Shown one piece after another: positions 18,152 through 27,984 of a stretch of DNA of 64,000 nt. The position numbers were made by a program, and so were the translations under genes. The notes beneath the pieces are model-generated. The model had not been told where the DNA came from. It saw only the letters and a program-made list of their open reading frames with translations, and made no database searches. Origin of the DNA: Candidatus Dojkabacteria bacterium (GTDB lineage Bacteria; Patescibacteriota; Dojkabacteria; GCA-002793355); NCBI GenBank assembly GCA_030583825.1, contig CP129477.1:510308-574307 (forward strand). Direction: 5' to 3'. Every line of letters begins with the position of its first letter. Position 1 is the first letter of the stretch.

Positions 18152-20092
18152 GTGTTGTACGGCAAAATCATTTCGCTATATAATGAGACAATGGCTGCCC
18201 GCAAATCCAACTATTCAAATTCATTCATTGAAAAATTGAGCGAAAAACCGCGTATTTTCTTGCGGTATGTTAAGTATTATTCATCGTTTAGTCCGTTTTA
18301 TTTCTGGGCAGGGATTATCATTGCCTACATTCGCGCGCCTATTGACTCAATCATGATTTTTCTTGGAGGTCTTTTTATTGAGAGTATTGTTGAGTATTAC
18401 AAAGATCCTTCAGACTTTTACCTCATAAATATGGCGTTACCTCGGCCTATTTTATATGTCCTGATTATGCTGGGCCTATGGATCGTTCAGAGAATTATGT
18501 CAGCGCTATATAACATTTGCCATATTCGTACTCGCCATCGTGTGTGGGCAGGAAGTCGTCAAGATTTAATTGAGCGTTACAGCACTCTAAACCTTGAAGA
18601 AACTGACCGCGAAGACATTAAAGACGAAGTTGAGAAGATTCAGCACTTCTGGTGGACACGTGCCGTGTCATTGTATGACAAAATCGTCAGCGTTGGAGAC
18701 CTGACAATCAATGTTGTATTCGCGCTTATTGCAGTGGCATCGTTTAATCCGATACTAGCGGCAATAATTCTTATTCTGCCGCTGCCAGAAGTTATTATCG
18801 GCATGAAGAATAACAAGCATTTCCGGGAGTTTATTGACGATATCGGGCCAGTTATGTTGAACAGAACCTACATTTTTAGTGTGTTACTCGATTCTCGAAC
18901 GTTTGCAGAAAAGAAAGTCAATGCTATTCATAGAATTCTTGAGCGAAAGTTTAAACATTTTGCAGGAATAATCACCGAAGGGTACGAGAATGCTCAGTCC
19001 AAGTATGAAAAAAATAGTACAGTGGGGAGTGTCGTTGACATGGTATTGCTATATTCAGTGCGAATAGCTGTCGTTGTCATCGGTATTTTACAGCAGATCC
19101 CCGTTGGACGAATTTCCTACATATTGGGTTATGTTGATACCTTGTATTCAAATATTTTTACGATTCAGTCGAGCAGCATTTTGCTCATTGATGACCTTTC
19201 ATATGTTCGCAGGCTATTTGATTTCCTCGATACGCAGGGATTTGCCGATTCTCATTCAGGACGTCGCATCCTAAAGCAGAGTGTTCCTGACATTGAGCTT
19301 CGCGATTTCTCGTTTACCTACCCTGAAACCGGTATTACTGTGCTAAATCATGCTTCGTTAAAAATCTCTGCGGGTGAAAAAGTACTTATTCTTGGAAAAG
19401 ATGGCTCAGGGAAAAGCTCGATTATTCGGTTTATTGCGGGCTTATACAAGATTCAATCAGGAGATATTTTGTTTGATAATGTTTCTATTACTGCACTAAA
19501 AAGAAGACAGGTGAAAGACAAGCTCGCGATTGTGCCGGAAGATTTTTCACGTTTCTATATGACTTTGAAAGAAAATATCACAATTGGTGATCCGCGCCGA
19601 CCATTTGATGCGAAATTATTTGAAAAGGCATTATACGTTGCTGGGCTCGATGAATGGGTAAAAGAAATGAATATTGACCCTGATGGCGTGACGATTGGAA
19701 GTTACTTTGAAGGTGGACTTGAAATTTCATCGGGGCACTGGCAGCGAATCGCAATTGCCCGCGCGATCTATCGTAACCGCGATGTGTTCGTTTTTGACCA
19801 ACCATTTACGTATGTAGATAAAACTTCTGTAAATGTGATTTTTCCTCGCTTGATGGAATTTATTGGCAACCGTACACTTATTCTCATTGGCGAAGAGGTG
19901 ATTTTCCCCGAATATTTTACTAATATATATGAAATGGGGAATGGACAAATTGCTCCATTGTCGCGAGATAAGGCAAGTTCGCACTGGGTGGAAGGAAAAA
20001 TCTCACCTAAGGAAAAGGTCGGCACAATCAAGGCAAAAGTATCTCGGGCTAAGCCTGTGAAAAAGTTATCAAAAGCTCGAACGGCTAAGTAA
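18152..20092 (+). CDS. ABC exporter-like protein (TMD-NBD fusion) with degenerate nucleotide-binding site
   Basis: N-terminal TM domain. Walker A GKDGSGKSS; signature-like ISSGHWQRIAIARA (instead of LSGGQ); Walker B VFVFDQP with the catalytic Glu replaced by Gln; no H-loop His seen. Lys-rich C-terminal tail. Confidence 0.7.
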   Translation: MLYGKIISLYNETMAARKSNYSNSFIEKLSEKPRIFLRYVKYYSSFSPFYFWAGIIIAYIRAPIDSIMIFLGGLFIESIVEYYKDPSDFYLINMALPRPILYVLIMLGLWIVQRIMSALYNICHIRTRHRVWAGSRQDLIERYSTLNLEETDREDIKDEVEKIQHFWWTRAVSLYDKIVSVGDLTINVVFALIAVASFNPILAAIILILPLPEVIIGMKNNKHFREFIDDIGPVMLNRTYIFSVLLDSRTFAEKKVNAIHRILERKFKHFAGIITEGYENAQSKYEKNSTVGSVVDMVLLYSVRIAVVVIGILQQIPVGRISYILGYVDTLYSNIFTIQSSSILLIDDLSYVRRLFDFLDTQGFADSHSGRRILKQSVPDIELRDFSFTYPETGITVLNHASLKISAGEKVLILGKDGSGKSSIIRFIAGLYKIQSGDILFDNVSITALKRRQVKDKLAIVPEDFSRFYMTLKENITIGDPRRPFDAKLFEKALYVAGLDEWVKEMNIDPDGVTIGSYFEGGLEISSGHWQRIAIARAIYRNRDVFVFDQPFTYVDKTSVNVIFPRLMEFIGNRTLILIGEEVIFPEYFTNIYEMGNGQIAPLSRDKASSHWVEGKISPKEKVGTIKAKVSRAKPVKKLSKARTAK

Positions 20093-20103
20093 GAACAAGA
20101 AAT

Positions 20104-20580
20104 ATGAAGAAAAAACAAACGCGCACAGAACAATTTGAATACACAGTTCCTGTTAAAGTGATTTCTCCATTTACGCGGGAAACCCCAAAGGGCTTTCGGC
20201 TTAGTGGCTTTCGTGAGATTAAAAATGGCAAAGATGAGCTTCGCTACGACATGCACGTTATTTCCAGTGATCAGAATGCAGCGTATGCGGTTATGAAGCG
20301 CGTTCGCGGAAAGCTCTATCTTGATGGACTATATGTTGCCCCAGAGTTTAGAAGCCTGGGACTTGCTTCGTATTTGCTCGATACTGTGATGATAAACCAC
20401 GCCGATGAAGATATTTACTTGCTTGCAAGACCGATGAAAGACAAAAATATGTCAGAAAAAGAGTTACAGTTGTTTTATTCTCGTTTTGGATTCTCCGTAG
20501 TGGATAAAAAGGGGACTATGGTAAGAAGCGCCGTAAAGCCGCTTGAAATGCATGTACCAAGGACATCACCGGAATTGTGA
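20104..20580 (+). CDS. GNAT-family N-acetyltransferase-like protein
   Basis: GNAT motif A-like segment (LYLDGLYVAPEFRSLGLASYLL) and C-terminal motif B-like YSRFGF. Confidence 0.55.
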   Translation: MKKKQTRTEQFEYTVPVKVISPFTRETPKGFRLSGFREIKNGKDELRYDMHVISSDQNAAYAVMKRVRGKLYLDGLYVAPEFRSLGLASYLLDTVMINHADEDIYLLARPMKDKNMSEKELQLFYSRFGFSVVDKKGTMVRSAVKPLEMHVPRTSPEL

Positions 20581-20616
20581 GAGGTGTTTCGGCAATTTTC
20601 TTGATAAAAATAAGAA

Positions 20617-20690
20617 TGGGCAGTATAGGATTCGAACCTATGACCGATCGGATGTAAACCGATAGCTCTGACCAACTGAGCTAACTGCCC
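20617..20690 (-). tRNA. tRNA-Val (anticodon TAC), 74 nt
   Basis: Minus-strand cloverleaf: acceptor GGGCAGT/ACTGCCC, D-arm GCTC..GAGC, anticodon stem ATCGG/CCGAT with loop TTTACAT, T-loop TTCGAAT. No CCA. Confidence 0.85.
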
Positions 20691-20774
20691 GCTATGTACA
20701 TGCGAGTGCCAAAGAATTGGCTGACACGTATGCGTATTATACAACACTTTAAGTTTATTGTGGAAAATGGTGAT

Positions 20775-20816
20775 AAGAGCCGAGGATTTCTTTTTTGTTG
20801 AGGAACCCCTCGGCTC
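20775..20816. terminator. long hairpin (10-bp perfect stem AGAGCCGAGG/CCTCGGCTCT, T-rich loop)
   Basis: Perfect inverted repeat downstream (minus sense) of the small ORF c(20846..21103). Confidence 0.35.
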
Positions 20817-20845
20817 TGTGTTACTTATTGCAAGATGGTGAGTTG

Positions 20846-21103
20846 TTAGACGGGCTTAACGCCTTGAATGTGAGACACACGATACCAGACAACAGTGCGA
20901 TTGCCAATTTTTTGTTCGGCACGAGTTCCAATGTTCAGCAGAAGACCCTTATAATAGCAGAGCTTCCGCCCGCCATCTGTTTTGTGGGTTTGGCTGAGTT
21001 GCGTCCCCGCAGGGAAATACGCGACCTCACCGCGAACTGAATATCCATGCGTATCAATCGCCGCTAGAATCTCACGTTCACCTTGCGTCAATTCGTTTGC
21101 CAT
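20846..21103 (-). CDS. small hypothetical protein in tRNA-flanked islet
   Basis: 85-aa ORF between tRNA-Val and tRNA-Pro. Local GC (~48%) is higher than surroundings. AT-rich promoter-like region upstream (21104..21245). No recognised domain. Confidence 0.35.
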   Translation of the reverse strand: MANELTQGEREILAAIDTHGYSVRGEVAYFPAGTQLSQTHKTDGGRKLCYYKGLLLNIGTRAEQKIGNRTVVWYRVSHIQGVKPV

Positions 21104-21245
21104 TTCTGGCTCCTTTCAAAGTAATTAAATAACCGATAATATTGTAGCAAATTTACCAGAGAAAATCAATATTATAGGACATCTATTTGCTCGTAATTGC
21201 GTGAAAATTTTTCAAATGTAGAGTAAAATACCATCATACCATTGT

Positions 21246-21319
21246 CGGGGCGTATTTCAGTTGGCTAGAATACACGTTTCGGGTACGTGTGGTCGTGGGT
21301 TCGAGTCCCACCGCCCCGA
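21246..21319 (+). tRNA. tRNA-Pro (anticodon CGG), 74 nt
   Basis: Acceptor CGGGGCG/CGCCCCG, anticodon stem CACGT/ACGTG with loop TTCGGGT (G37), T-arm GTGGG-TTCGAGT-CCCAC. No CCA. Confidence 0.85.
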
Positions 21320-21357
21320 TTGATTACTCAAAAGTCTTGCTTGCTAATTGAACGTTT

Positions 21358-22560
21358 CTAATCAGTCAGGTCAATATGTGAGTCTTTCTTTTTGGTGAAT
21401 AGGTAGAGAACCACAGAGCCAACGATGAAGGTTGCCCATGCGAGTAAGAAATACTCTAACTGACCGTTTGTATTTAAATATCCAATAATTGGAGCGAGCA
21501 GAACATACGGTAAATTCTTAAGAAATGATGCCACAGACAATACAGTCGCTCGCTGGTCTTCAGGGGCTCGGTTGTTCAAAACCTCGCTAATAAACGGCTG
21601 CAAGATATGTTCTCCGGCGTAAAGTGTCAGAATTACTAAATACCCAAATGGCCCGATGTCGGCAAGCGAAAGTAATAAGCTTGCAGCAGCTGCAACGCCA
21701 ATTAATACAAGAATACGCTTTTCACTTAAGTTATCGGCATTTCTATTCATATATGCTAACAGTCCAACTGTTATAAGGCTGCTACTCGAAATGGCAATTG
21801 CTCCCCAGAATGGATCAAAGTGAAAGCGATCGAGCAATATCAAACGCAATAATCCATAGCCTGTTGTGTAAAATAATCCCTGCACAGCGAGAATATAAGG
21901 GACATAAGAACGAAACTTTGGCGTAAGAAATTGTTTAAATCCTGTTTTTATATCAACTAAATATTCTTTGAGTTCGGGAAGAAAATCCTGGCGAGCCTTT
22001 TTCGGTCGTTCGTCTTTTACTGACCAAACGAGAAGCGCCGCTATAATAAATGCAGAACCGTTAAGAATCCATGGGATACGCGGGTTAATCGTGTGTAACC
22101 ATCCTCCAAGAATTGTTGTGACCAACGTGCCAATTAAGGCAATCTGTGAGCCTTGAGTAAGAAGCTTTCGCCAGTCCTTTGAGTTATTTTCGAATTTGAG
22201 CTTCTCAAAAAACAACGCTTCGTCTGCGCCGGATACCAATGCAACACCAATCATCATGATTGCTTGACCCACAACAAATGGAAGAAAACTGCTTCCTACG
22301 GCCTGAATTAACAGTCCACATCCTGCAAGAATCTGTCCAAGCCTGACTAACTTATCTCGACCGAATTTATCTGCAAGCGCACCGGAAGGAACTTCTGCAA
22401 TAAGTCCAATAGCAAACGCTAATCCATCGAGGATGCCAACTTGCTGGTCAGTAATGAAAATTCGGTAAAAATATAGCCATACAGCGCTCACAAACCATAA
22501 GTTAGTAAATACTTTATACGCAAGGAATTTGCGCGAAATCTGGCGTTGTTGATCTGTCAT
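21358..22560 (-). CDS. major facilitator superfamily (MFS)-like transporter
   Basis: 400 aa with about 12 TM helices in a 6+6 layout. MFS-like loop motif GRDKLVRLG after TM2. Confidence 0.6.
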   Translation of the reverse strand: MTDQQRQISRKFLAYKVFTNLWFVSAVWLYFYRIFITDQQVGILDGLAFAIGLIAEVPSGALADKFGRDKLVRLGQILAGCGLLIQAVGSSFLPFVVGQAIMMIGVALVSGADEALFFEKLKFENNSKDWRKLLTQGSQIALIGTLVTTILGGWLHTINPRIPWILNGSAFIIAALLVWSVKDERPKKARQDFLPELKEYLVDIKTGFKQFLTPKFRSYVPYILAVQGLFYTTGYGLLRLILLDRFHFDPFWGAIAISSSSLITVGLLAYMNRNADNLSEKRILVLIGVAAAASLLLSLADIGPFGYLVILTLYAGEHILQPFISEVLNNRAPEDQRATVLSVASFLKNLPYVLLAPIIGYLNTNGQLEYFLLAWATFIVGSVVLYLFTKKKDSHIDLTD

Positions 22561-22728
22561 TCTTACCTGTGATTATACAGTGAGTTGAGTATACGCGCTA
22601 TCCTGTAGTCAAAAGACGCAACAATATTCCTCTGAAAGATAAGCTAAAGGGTATTAATTTTTGTAAAAATACCTTGCCATCTCACTCAAAACATAGCAAA
22701 ATGAAGGAATCAAATAACTATCTTTTGA

Positions 22729-25161
22729 ATGCCAGAACACGAACCATCAGGTTCACCTCCACAGCCTACAATTTCTGAACAGGCATCCGAATATTACGCC
22801 GATGCAAAGCAATGGGCACAGGAGAAAATTGACCAAGCACAAGAGTATCTTCGCGACAGACGAGAGCAACTAAATGCCGTACTTGATAATGCAAATGAAT
22901 ATCTCCGCAATGTTCGTGGAGGTGCCGCCTACGAAGGAAATAAAGACCAGCGAGATAATGACGAACCGGGAGAAGATCGCGCGTATACCAACAAAAAGAA
23001 GGGGTTAGCGTTCGTTATTGATGGGCATAATATTCCACAAAATGTTGCGACGGACTGGTTGGAAGAAAAGCTTGAAAAGTCAGCTCGCAAAAGACGAAAG
23101 TTACCCAAAAACGGAGATGAGGCAGAAGAACAATTGCGTGCGGTTATTAATCCAGTTATTGCTAATGTTGCAAGGTTAAATGCTGAACAAGATCCTAAAG
23201 ATGAAGCGCAATTCGCAGTTGCACAAGTTGCCCGTAATGGCGAAGTTGTCGTTGCTCATACCGGAAATGTCCGCGCATATATTCGCGACAAAGAAGGAAA
23301 ACTTCGTCCAATCACAAACGATGATACAAGCATGTTGGCGTTGGTCGAGTCTCAAAATGAAAAAGATGCTCAAGAAGCAATCCGACATGCAGCGAAAGAT
23401 CTCGGCGACCTTACACCAGAACAACAAAATGCACTTTTGCAGTTATGGAAGTACTTTAATTGGAATGTGACAGAAGAAAATCGTGCGGCCCGGCAGGAAG
23501 TATTTTTACGATTTGTTCGGGGAATTGACCAATTTCGCAGTGCGAAAGATACAGAACGCCTTAGACTTCCTCGGCTGGAAGGAGTATCAGACGAGCAGAA
23601 TGAGAAAAACCAGGCGTATATACGAAAAATTAGAAACAATATAATCGCCGGAGTTAATGGAATGAATAGTAATGTTCTTAGTAGTGTTCGAGATGCTGGG
23701 GATGAAAATTTGGTACGGTACACTCGCACACGTTTGCGTGAAGGTGATGTTGAAATTGTTATTGTAACAGACGGCGTTCACAAGAATCTTACTCAGAGGG
23801 AAATATCAGGGAGACTAAATACTCTTGGAACTTCGGGACAAAGAGCAAATCGTGTGCTGTATGCATCTCGAGAAGAAAATGTTCCAGATCGTGGCAAAAG
23901 TCCAATACGTGAAGCAACCGACGACGATAAAGCAGTTGCCGTTTTGGCGATTGATCCGAATATACGGCGCATTCCAGTGAAAGAGAAGGTGAGAAAGCCA
24001 CGAAAAGAGCAGCAAAGAGTTATTAAATTAGAAACGGAACCTCAAGAAATCGAGAATAAATATGCCTATGCGATGCAGAGAGGCTTTAGTAAAGCAGAAT
24101 TGGAAGATGCGATTGCTTACAATACGGATATGCAGTTTGGTGCGGTTATGGACGGTGTTGGCGGAGGCGATGGAAAAAGCGGAGATGTAGCGAAGAATGT
24201 TGCGCATAATTTGCTGCAGAATATCAGTAGACCAGCTGAGAATCCACTCGAGGCGTATGAAATGCTTGACCGCGCACTTGACGCATCTGGTATTGCAATC
24301 GCAGACGCAAAACAAAGATTTGGAAATCATAATGTAGATACGACCTTTGCAACAGTTGTTCGTACCAACGCTGGTAGGGATGTTATTGCATGGGCCGGAG
24401 ATTCGCGCGTATATGTTCGCCGTCCAGATGGATTGCATTTGCTTACCCGCGACCATACTTTGTTATTTGCTATGGCGGAGGCTCGAAGCCAAGAAGAGTT
24501 AGACAAAAGAATATGGGCAGCAATGTCAGCAGGGATACCTGAAGGTAATAACGAAGCGTTAAATAACGCGCACGAAGACTATGCGCATATTCGACACCTC
24601 CTCATGTTTTTTAAAGCAACCCCGTATGGCGACGGAGAATTTAATTACAACCTTGAGGCAATGAATGAATTCTTCTTGCAATTGCAGGAAGTGAAAACTC
24701 CCGAAGATCTCGATAAACTACTTTTGCCACGAGGTGACCTTGCTGAACACCAACAGGCGGAGTATGTGTGGTTTTTGAATAACAAAAAATATGCCTTTGA
24801 GCTTTTGCAGGTAATTGCGAACAATGTCATTACTCATAGCGCAGCCGATGGCAGAATGGGCTACGAAGCATATGTGTACCAACCACAGGCTGACGATATT
24901 GAATACGTAATTGTCAGCGATGGTGTATCGGACAATTTGAACCGTGCCGAAATGAATGAAGTACTTGCCGTAGAGGAGCCATCTCCAAACCGAGCATTAC
25001 GGCTAATAACCGTAGCACGATCTCCACAACAGATTAGTAGGAGAAATAACAGGCTTCGCGTTAAAGATGACGATGTGGCCGTAGTTATTGTGCCAATCCA
25101 AGCGAAGGTTCCGAAAGTCCGGCGGGCTCCAGGCAACGCTTCTGTTCCTCAAGCCGCGTAA
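22729..25161 (+). CDS. tandem PP2C-like protein: N-terminal degenerate pseudo-phosphatase domain plus C-terminal canonical PP2C (PPM) Ser/Thr phosphatase domain
   Basis: C-terminal domain carries the canonical PPM motifs: AVMDGVGGGDG, AGDSRVYVRRPDGLHLLTRDHT, IVSDGVSDNL, DDDVAVVIV. The N-terminal domain has the same motif order with metal ligands lost: FVIDGHNIPQ, AHTGNVRAYIR...ITNDDT, IVTDGVHKNL. Confidence 0.7.
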   Translation: MPEHEPSGSPPQPTISEQASEYYADAKQWAQEKIDQAQEYLRDRREQLNAVLDNANEYLRNVRGGAAYEGNKDQRDNDEPGEDRAYTNKKKGLAFVIDGHNIPQNVATDWLEEKLEKSARKRRKLPKNGDEAEEQLRAVINPVIANVARLNAEQDPKDEAQFAVAQVARNGEVVVAHTGNVRAYIRDKEGKLRPITNDDTSMLALVESQNEKDAQEAIRHAAKDLGDLTPEQQNALLQLWKYFNWNVTEENRAARQEVFLRFVRGIDQFRSAKDTERLRLPRLEGVSDEQNEKNQAYIRKIRNNIIAGVNGMNSNVLSSVRDAGDENLVRYTRTRLREGDVEIVIVTDGVHKNLTQREISGRLNTLGTSGQRANRVLYASREENVPDRGKSPIREATDDDKAVAVLAIDPNIRRIPVKEKVRKPRKEQQRVIKLETEPQEIENKYAYAMQRGFSKAELEDAIAYNTDMQFGAVMDGVGGGDGKSGDVAKNVAHNLLQNISRPAENPLEAYEMLDRALDASGIAIADAKQRFGNHNVDTTFATVVRTNAGRDVIAWAGDSRVYVRRPDGLHLLTRDHTLLFAMAEARSQEELDKRIWAAMSAGIPEGNNEALNNAHEDYAHIRHLLMFFKATPYGDGEFNYNLEAMNEFFLQLQEVKTPEDLDKLLLPRGDLAEHQQAEYVWFLNNKKYAFELLQVIANNVITHSAADGRMGYEAYVYQPQADDIEYVIVSDGVSDNLNRAEMNEVLAVEEPSPNRALRLITVARSPQQISRRNNRLRVKDDDVAVVIVPIQAKVPKVRRAPGNASVPQAA

Positions 25162-25635
25162 GTTGGCTCAATGATGATATAATCAATTGCGCCTTTTACT
25201 CTCAAGGAGAGAAATAACCGTGGAATTGATTCTGGAAGATGGTTGTTTATGGATCCCTGCGTGGGGATTCAACGCTTGGGGTAGCTCGGTTCTACCCTCA
25301 GCAATGATCGGCAAGAAAATGGGATTCCCCGTAACGTTTTTGGAGGAATTCGCGAAAGAGGAGGGGGTTGTTCTCCAGAAAGTCAAACTTCCTGAAACCT
25401 GGCAAACGATTGTTCGATACCGAGATCTTTTAGGCACCGAGTGGATTCAGATTCTCGATGACCAGGAGGTCATACGCATGAGAATTATCTGCATCCGTTC
25501 TGGCGGTAAAATCATCGTTTGTTGGCTAAGATTTTTCTAAGCTGACCATCTTTCCATCCCGTGCGCTTGACATTGTAAAAGCAAAATAAATACATTTCTA
25601 CAAAGTTGATTGACCGGGATCCTACTTTTTTCTTT

Positions 25636-26124
25636 TTATGTGGAAGTGACTGAGCATTGAAGAATATTCTCCTGCTTTAGCAAGAAAATAAGTTTTGTTG
25701 TAAACTCGTTGCCATTCAATTGAACAGGGCATCGAATAACGACTGGTCGGTCATTTTCATTAAACTGTGTGCCACTCAGCATAATCTTTAATGGCCATCC
25801 AGGCTGTGCTTCCCAAACAGAAAGCCCATCTTTGTATCGTGCATCAAATGCAATACATGTGTCATTCTGACATTCCTGCGGGTTGTTTCGCGTTTGCAAA
25901 TGGACAGAACGGTTTAATCCGTCCCATACTCCCCAACACAGGTAGGCCAGTGCTGCGACCAAGCCAACAGTGACCATCATCTGAAAAATCTTATTGAATT
26001 GCTTTGCAAATCTCTCTCCAGCTCCTGGTTCTTTTGGCGCTTTTTCAACAGGCTTTGTTTCTTTCTTCTGTGGTACAGCTTCTGCAGGATGAGAAAATAC
26101 TTCCGGGTTTTGATCTTTGTCCAT
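25636..26124 (-). CDS. hypothetical single-pass membrane protein
   Basis: Likely start is MDKDQNPEVF, an internal ATG of the track ORF 25636..26190. One TM (MVTVGLVAALAYLCWGVW) and a Cys-containing extracytoplasmic domain. Confidence 0.4.
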   Translation of the reverse strand: MDKDQNPEVFSHPAEAVPQKKETKPVEKAPKEPGAGERFAKQFNKIFQMMVTVGLVAALAYLCWGVWDGLNRSVHLQTRNNPQECQNDTCIAFDARYKDGLSVWEAQPGWPLKIMLSGTQFNENDRPVVIRCPVQLNGNEFTTKLIFLLKQENILQCSVTST

Positions 26125-26334
26125 GTCGTATAGTTTCAGGTTAATGCTTAGATGATACCATATAATACATTTCTTAGTGTGGATATACACAAAAATATGA
26201 CAGAATTATGACACGATTTTATGGTACAAAAGCATCACGGTGGCAAAAACTCATTGAGAAATGTGATGTGAAATGAATACACAACAACATTCACATAGAA
26301 CTCTTAACAAATGAGTTGATAGTATGCCGCTCAA

Positions 26335-27648
26335 TTAGATGAACGTAACTGCTGTTCCTTTTTTGTTTCCACGGCCGGTTCGTCCAATACGGTGGACATA
26401 GTCTTCGTAAGAACCTGGCTTGTCGTAGTTGATAACGTGAGTGACATCTTTAATGTCGAGTCCACGTGCGGCAACGTCGGTAGCAATTAATACTCGGATT
26501 TTGTTGTCTCTAAAGAGTTTCAACGCAAACAATCGCTTGCCCTGAGGTTTATCTCCGTGAATTGTTTCTGCCGTAACTTGCTGACGTTCCAATGCTCCTC
26601 GCAAATCTTCTGTGCCACGCTTTGTTTTTACAAAGATAAGAACTTTCTCGAATTCAGGCTTTTTCAACATTTCTACGAGAGTTTCAATTTTCTTAAAGGA
26701 TTGAACATGTACAGTTTCCTGCGTGACATTTGCAGCAGTTTCGCGTGTTTTTACGGAAATCTCGACTGGATCCTTCAAGAACGTATCTGCCAACTTCTTA
26801 ATTGGCCCTGGCATCGTTGCAGAGAAGAAAAGAGACTGGCGCTGTTCAGGAAGTTTGCTCAAAATAAAGCTGATATCTTCGCTGAAACCCATATCGAACA
26901 TGCGGTCAACTTCGTCCAAAATGACTGTGGTGAATCCCGAAAGATTCAAAATCTTTCTTTCGTAAAGGTCTTTTATTCGGCCTGGAGTTCCAATCACAAT
27001 CTGTGGATGACGTCGAAGCATTTGAATCTGACGTCCAATTGGTGTTCCACCGATACAAAGTGCTGCTGACATATGAATCCCCTGAGCAAATTCTGTAAAT
27101 TCTTTCATGATTTGGTCTGCAAGCTCTCGAACTGGAACAAGAATAATGGCCTGCTCTCGTGGGTTTTGATACAGTTTATTCATCAGCGGAAGCAAAAATG
27201 CTGCTGTTTTTCCTGTACCTGTATTTGCTAAACCAACGACGTCACGTCCTTCTAAAACCGCTGGAATTGCTTGATCCTGAATTGGTGTAGGCTGTGCGTA
27301 TTGTCGGCGAATAATGTTTTTTTCGAGGGGAACAACGAATCCAAAGTCTTTAAATGCGTGTTTTGCAGTGTATTCGACTGCAGGATTATCAATTGCATCC
27401 TGTTGTGCTCGGCGAATGAATGATGAAATATCAACGGAACCTCCGCCACCACCACGTCGGCCGCCTCGGCCTCCAAAGCGTGAGCGTCCACCGGATCCGC
27501 CAAAACTGTTAAATCTTCTACCGCCAAATCGTGATCCACCGGAGCGGTCTCCGTCAGAAGAAAATGGTCTTCTGTTTCCATAATTCCGTCCACTGCGTGA
27601 GCTATTCCCATGCCCAGATTGTCGTGACGGGTATCGCTTGTCGTCCAT
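26335..27648 (-). CDS. DEAD-box ATP-dependent RNA helicase with N-terminal RGG/FGG low-complexity region
   Basis: Q motif (F..PTPIQ), motif I (GLANTGTGKTAAF), Ia (PVRELA), II as DEVD (ILDEVDRM), III (SAT), V (LIATDVAARGLDI), VI (HRIGRTGRG). The first ~75 aa are RGG/GGR repeats. Confidence 0.9.
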   Translation of the reverse strand: MDDKRYPSRQSGHGNSSRSGRNYGNRRPFSSDGDRSGGSRFGGRRFNSFGGSGGRSRFGGRGGRRGGGGGSVDISSFIRRAQQDAIDNPAVEYTAKHAFKDFGFVVPLEKNIIRRQYAQPTPIQDQAIPAVLEGRDVVGLANTGTGKTAAFLLPLMNKLYQNPREQAIILVPVRELADQIMKEFTEFAQGIHMSAALCIGGTPIGRQIQMLRRHPQIVIGTPGRIKDLYERKILNLSGFTTVILDEVDRMFDMGFSEDISFILSKLPEQRQSLFFSATMPGPIKKLADTFLKDPVEISVKTRETAANVTQETVHVQSFKKIETLVEMLKKPEFEKVLIFVKTKRGTEDLRGALERQQVTAETIHGDKPQGKRLFALKLFRDNKIRVLIATDVAARGLDIKDVTHVINYDKPGSYEDYVHRIGRTGRGNKKGTAVTFI

Positions 27649-27984
27649 GAGAACTAAAAGTCATCTAATATATCTCGCGAAAAACCCCAATCACAATTGG
27701 TAGGATGGGATGCTTCGCACTGGCAATATTTACCAGCAAGTCTCTAATTGAGATGTGCCTCTTCTAAAACGATCTTTTTTGGGAAAAAGAAAGAGAAAAA
27801 TATTGCATACAGAATGTATTATACCATATCTCTGTAGTAAATTCGATTTATCCTTTTTAATTTGCTTAGAAAGGGAAGGGCCGCGGATACTTCGGTCATC
27901 GTACAATGTTTGCCATGGACTTATAGTGTGATATAATTACCCAACCCTTTAAGGGCAAAAATCCGAAGAAAGTGTATAGATCCA

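Noticed and set aside
26557-27069. 170-aa '+' ORF
   Set aside because: Antisense to the DEAD-box helicase core, with Cys/Phe-rich shadow-ORF composition.
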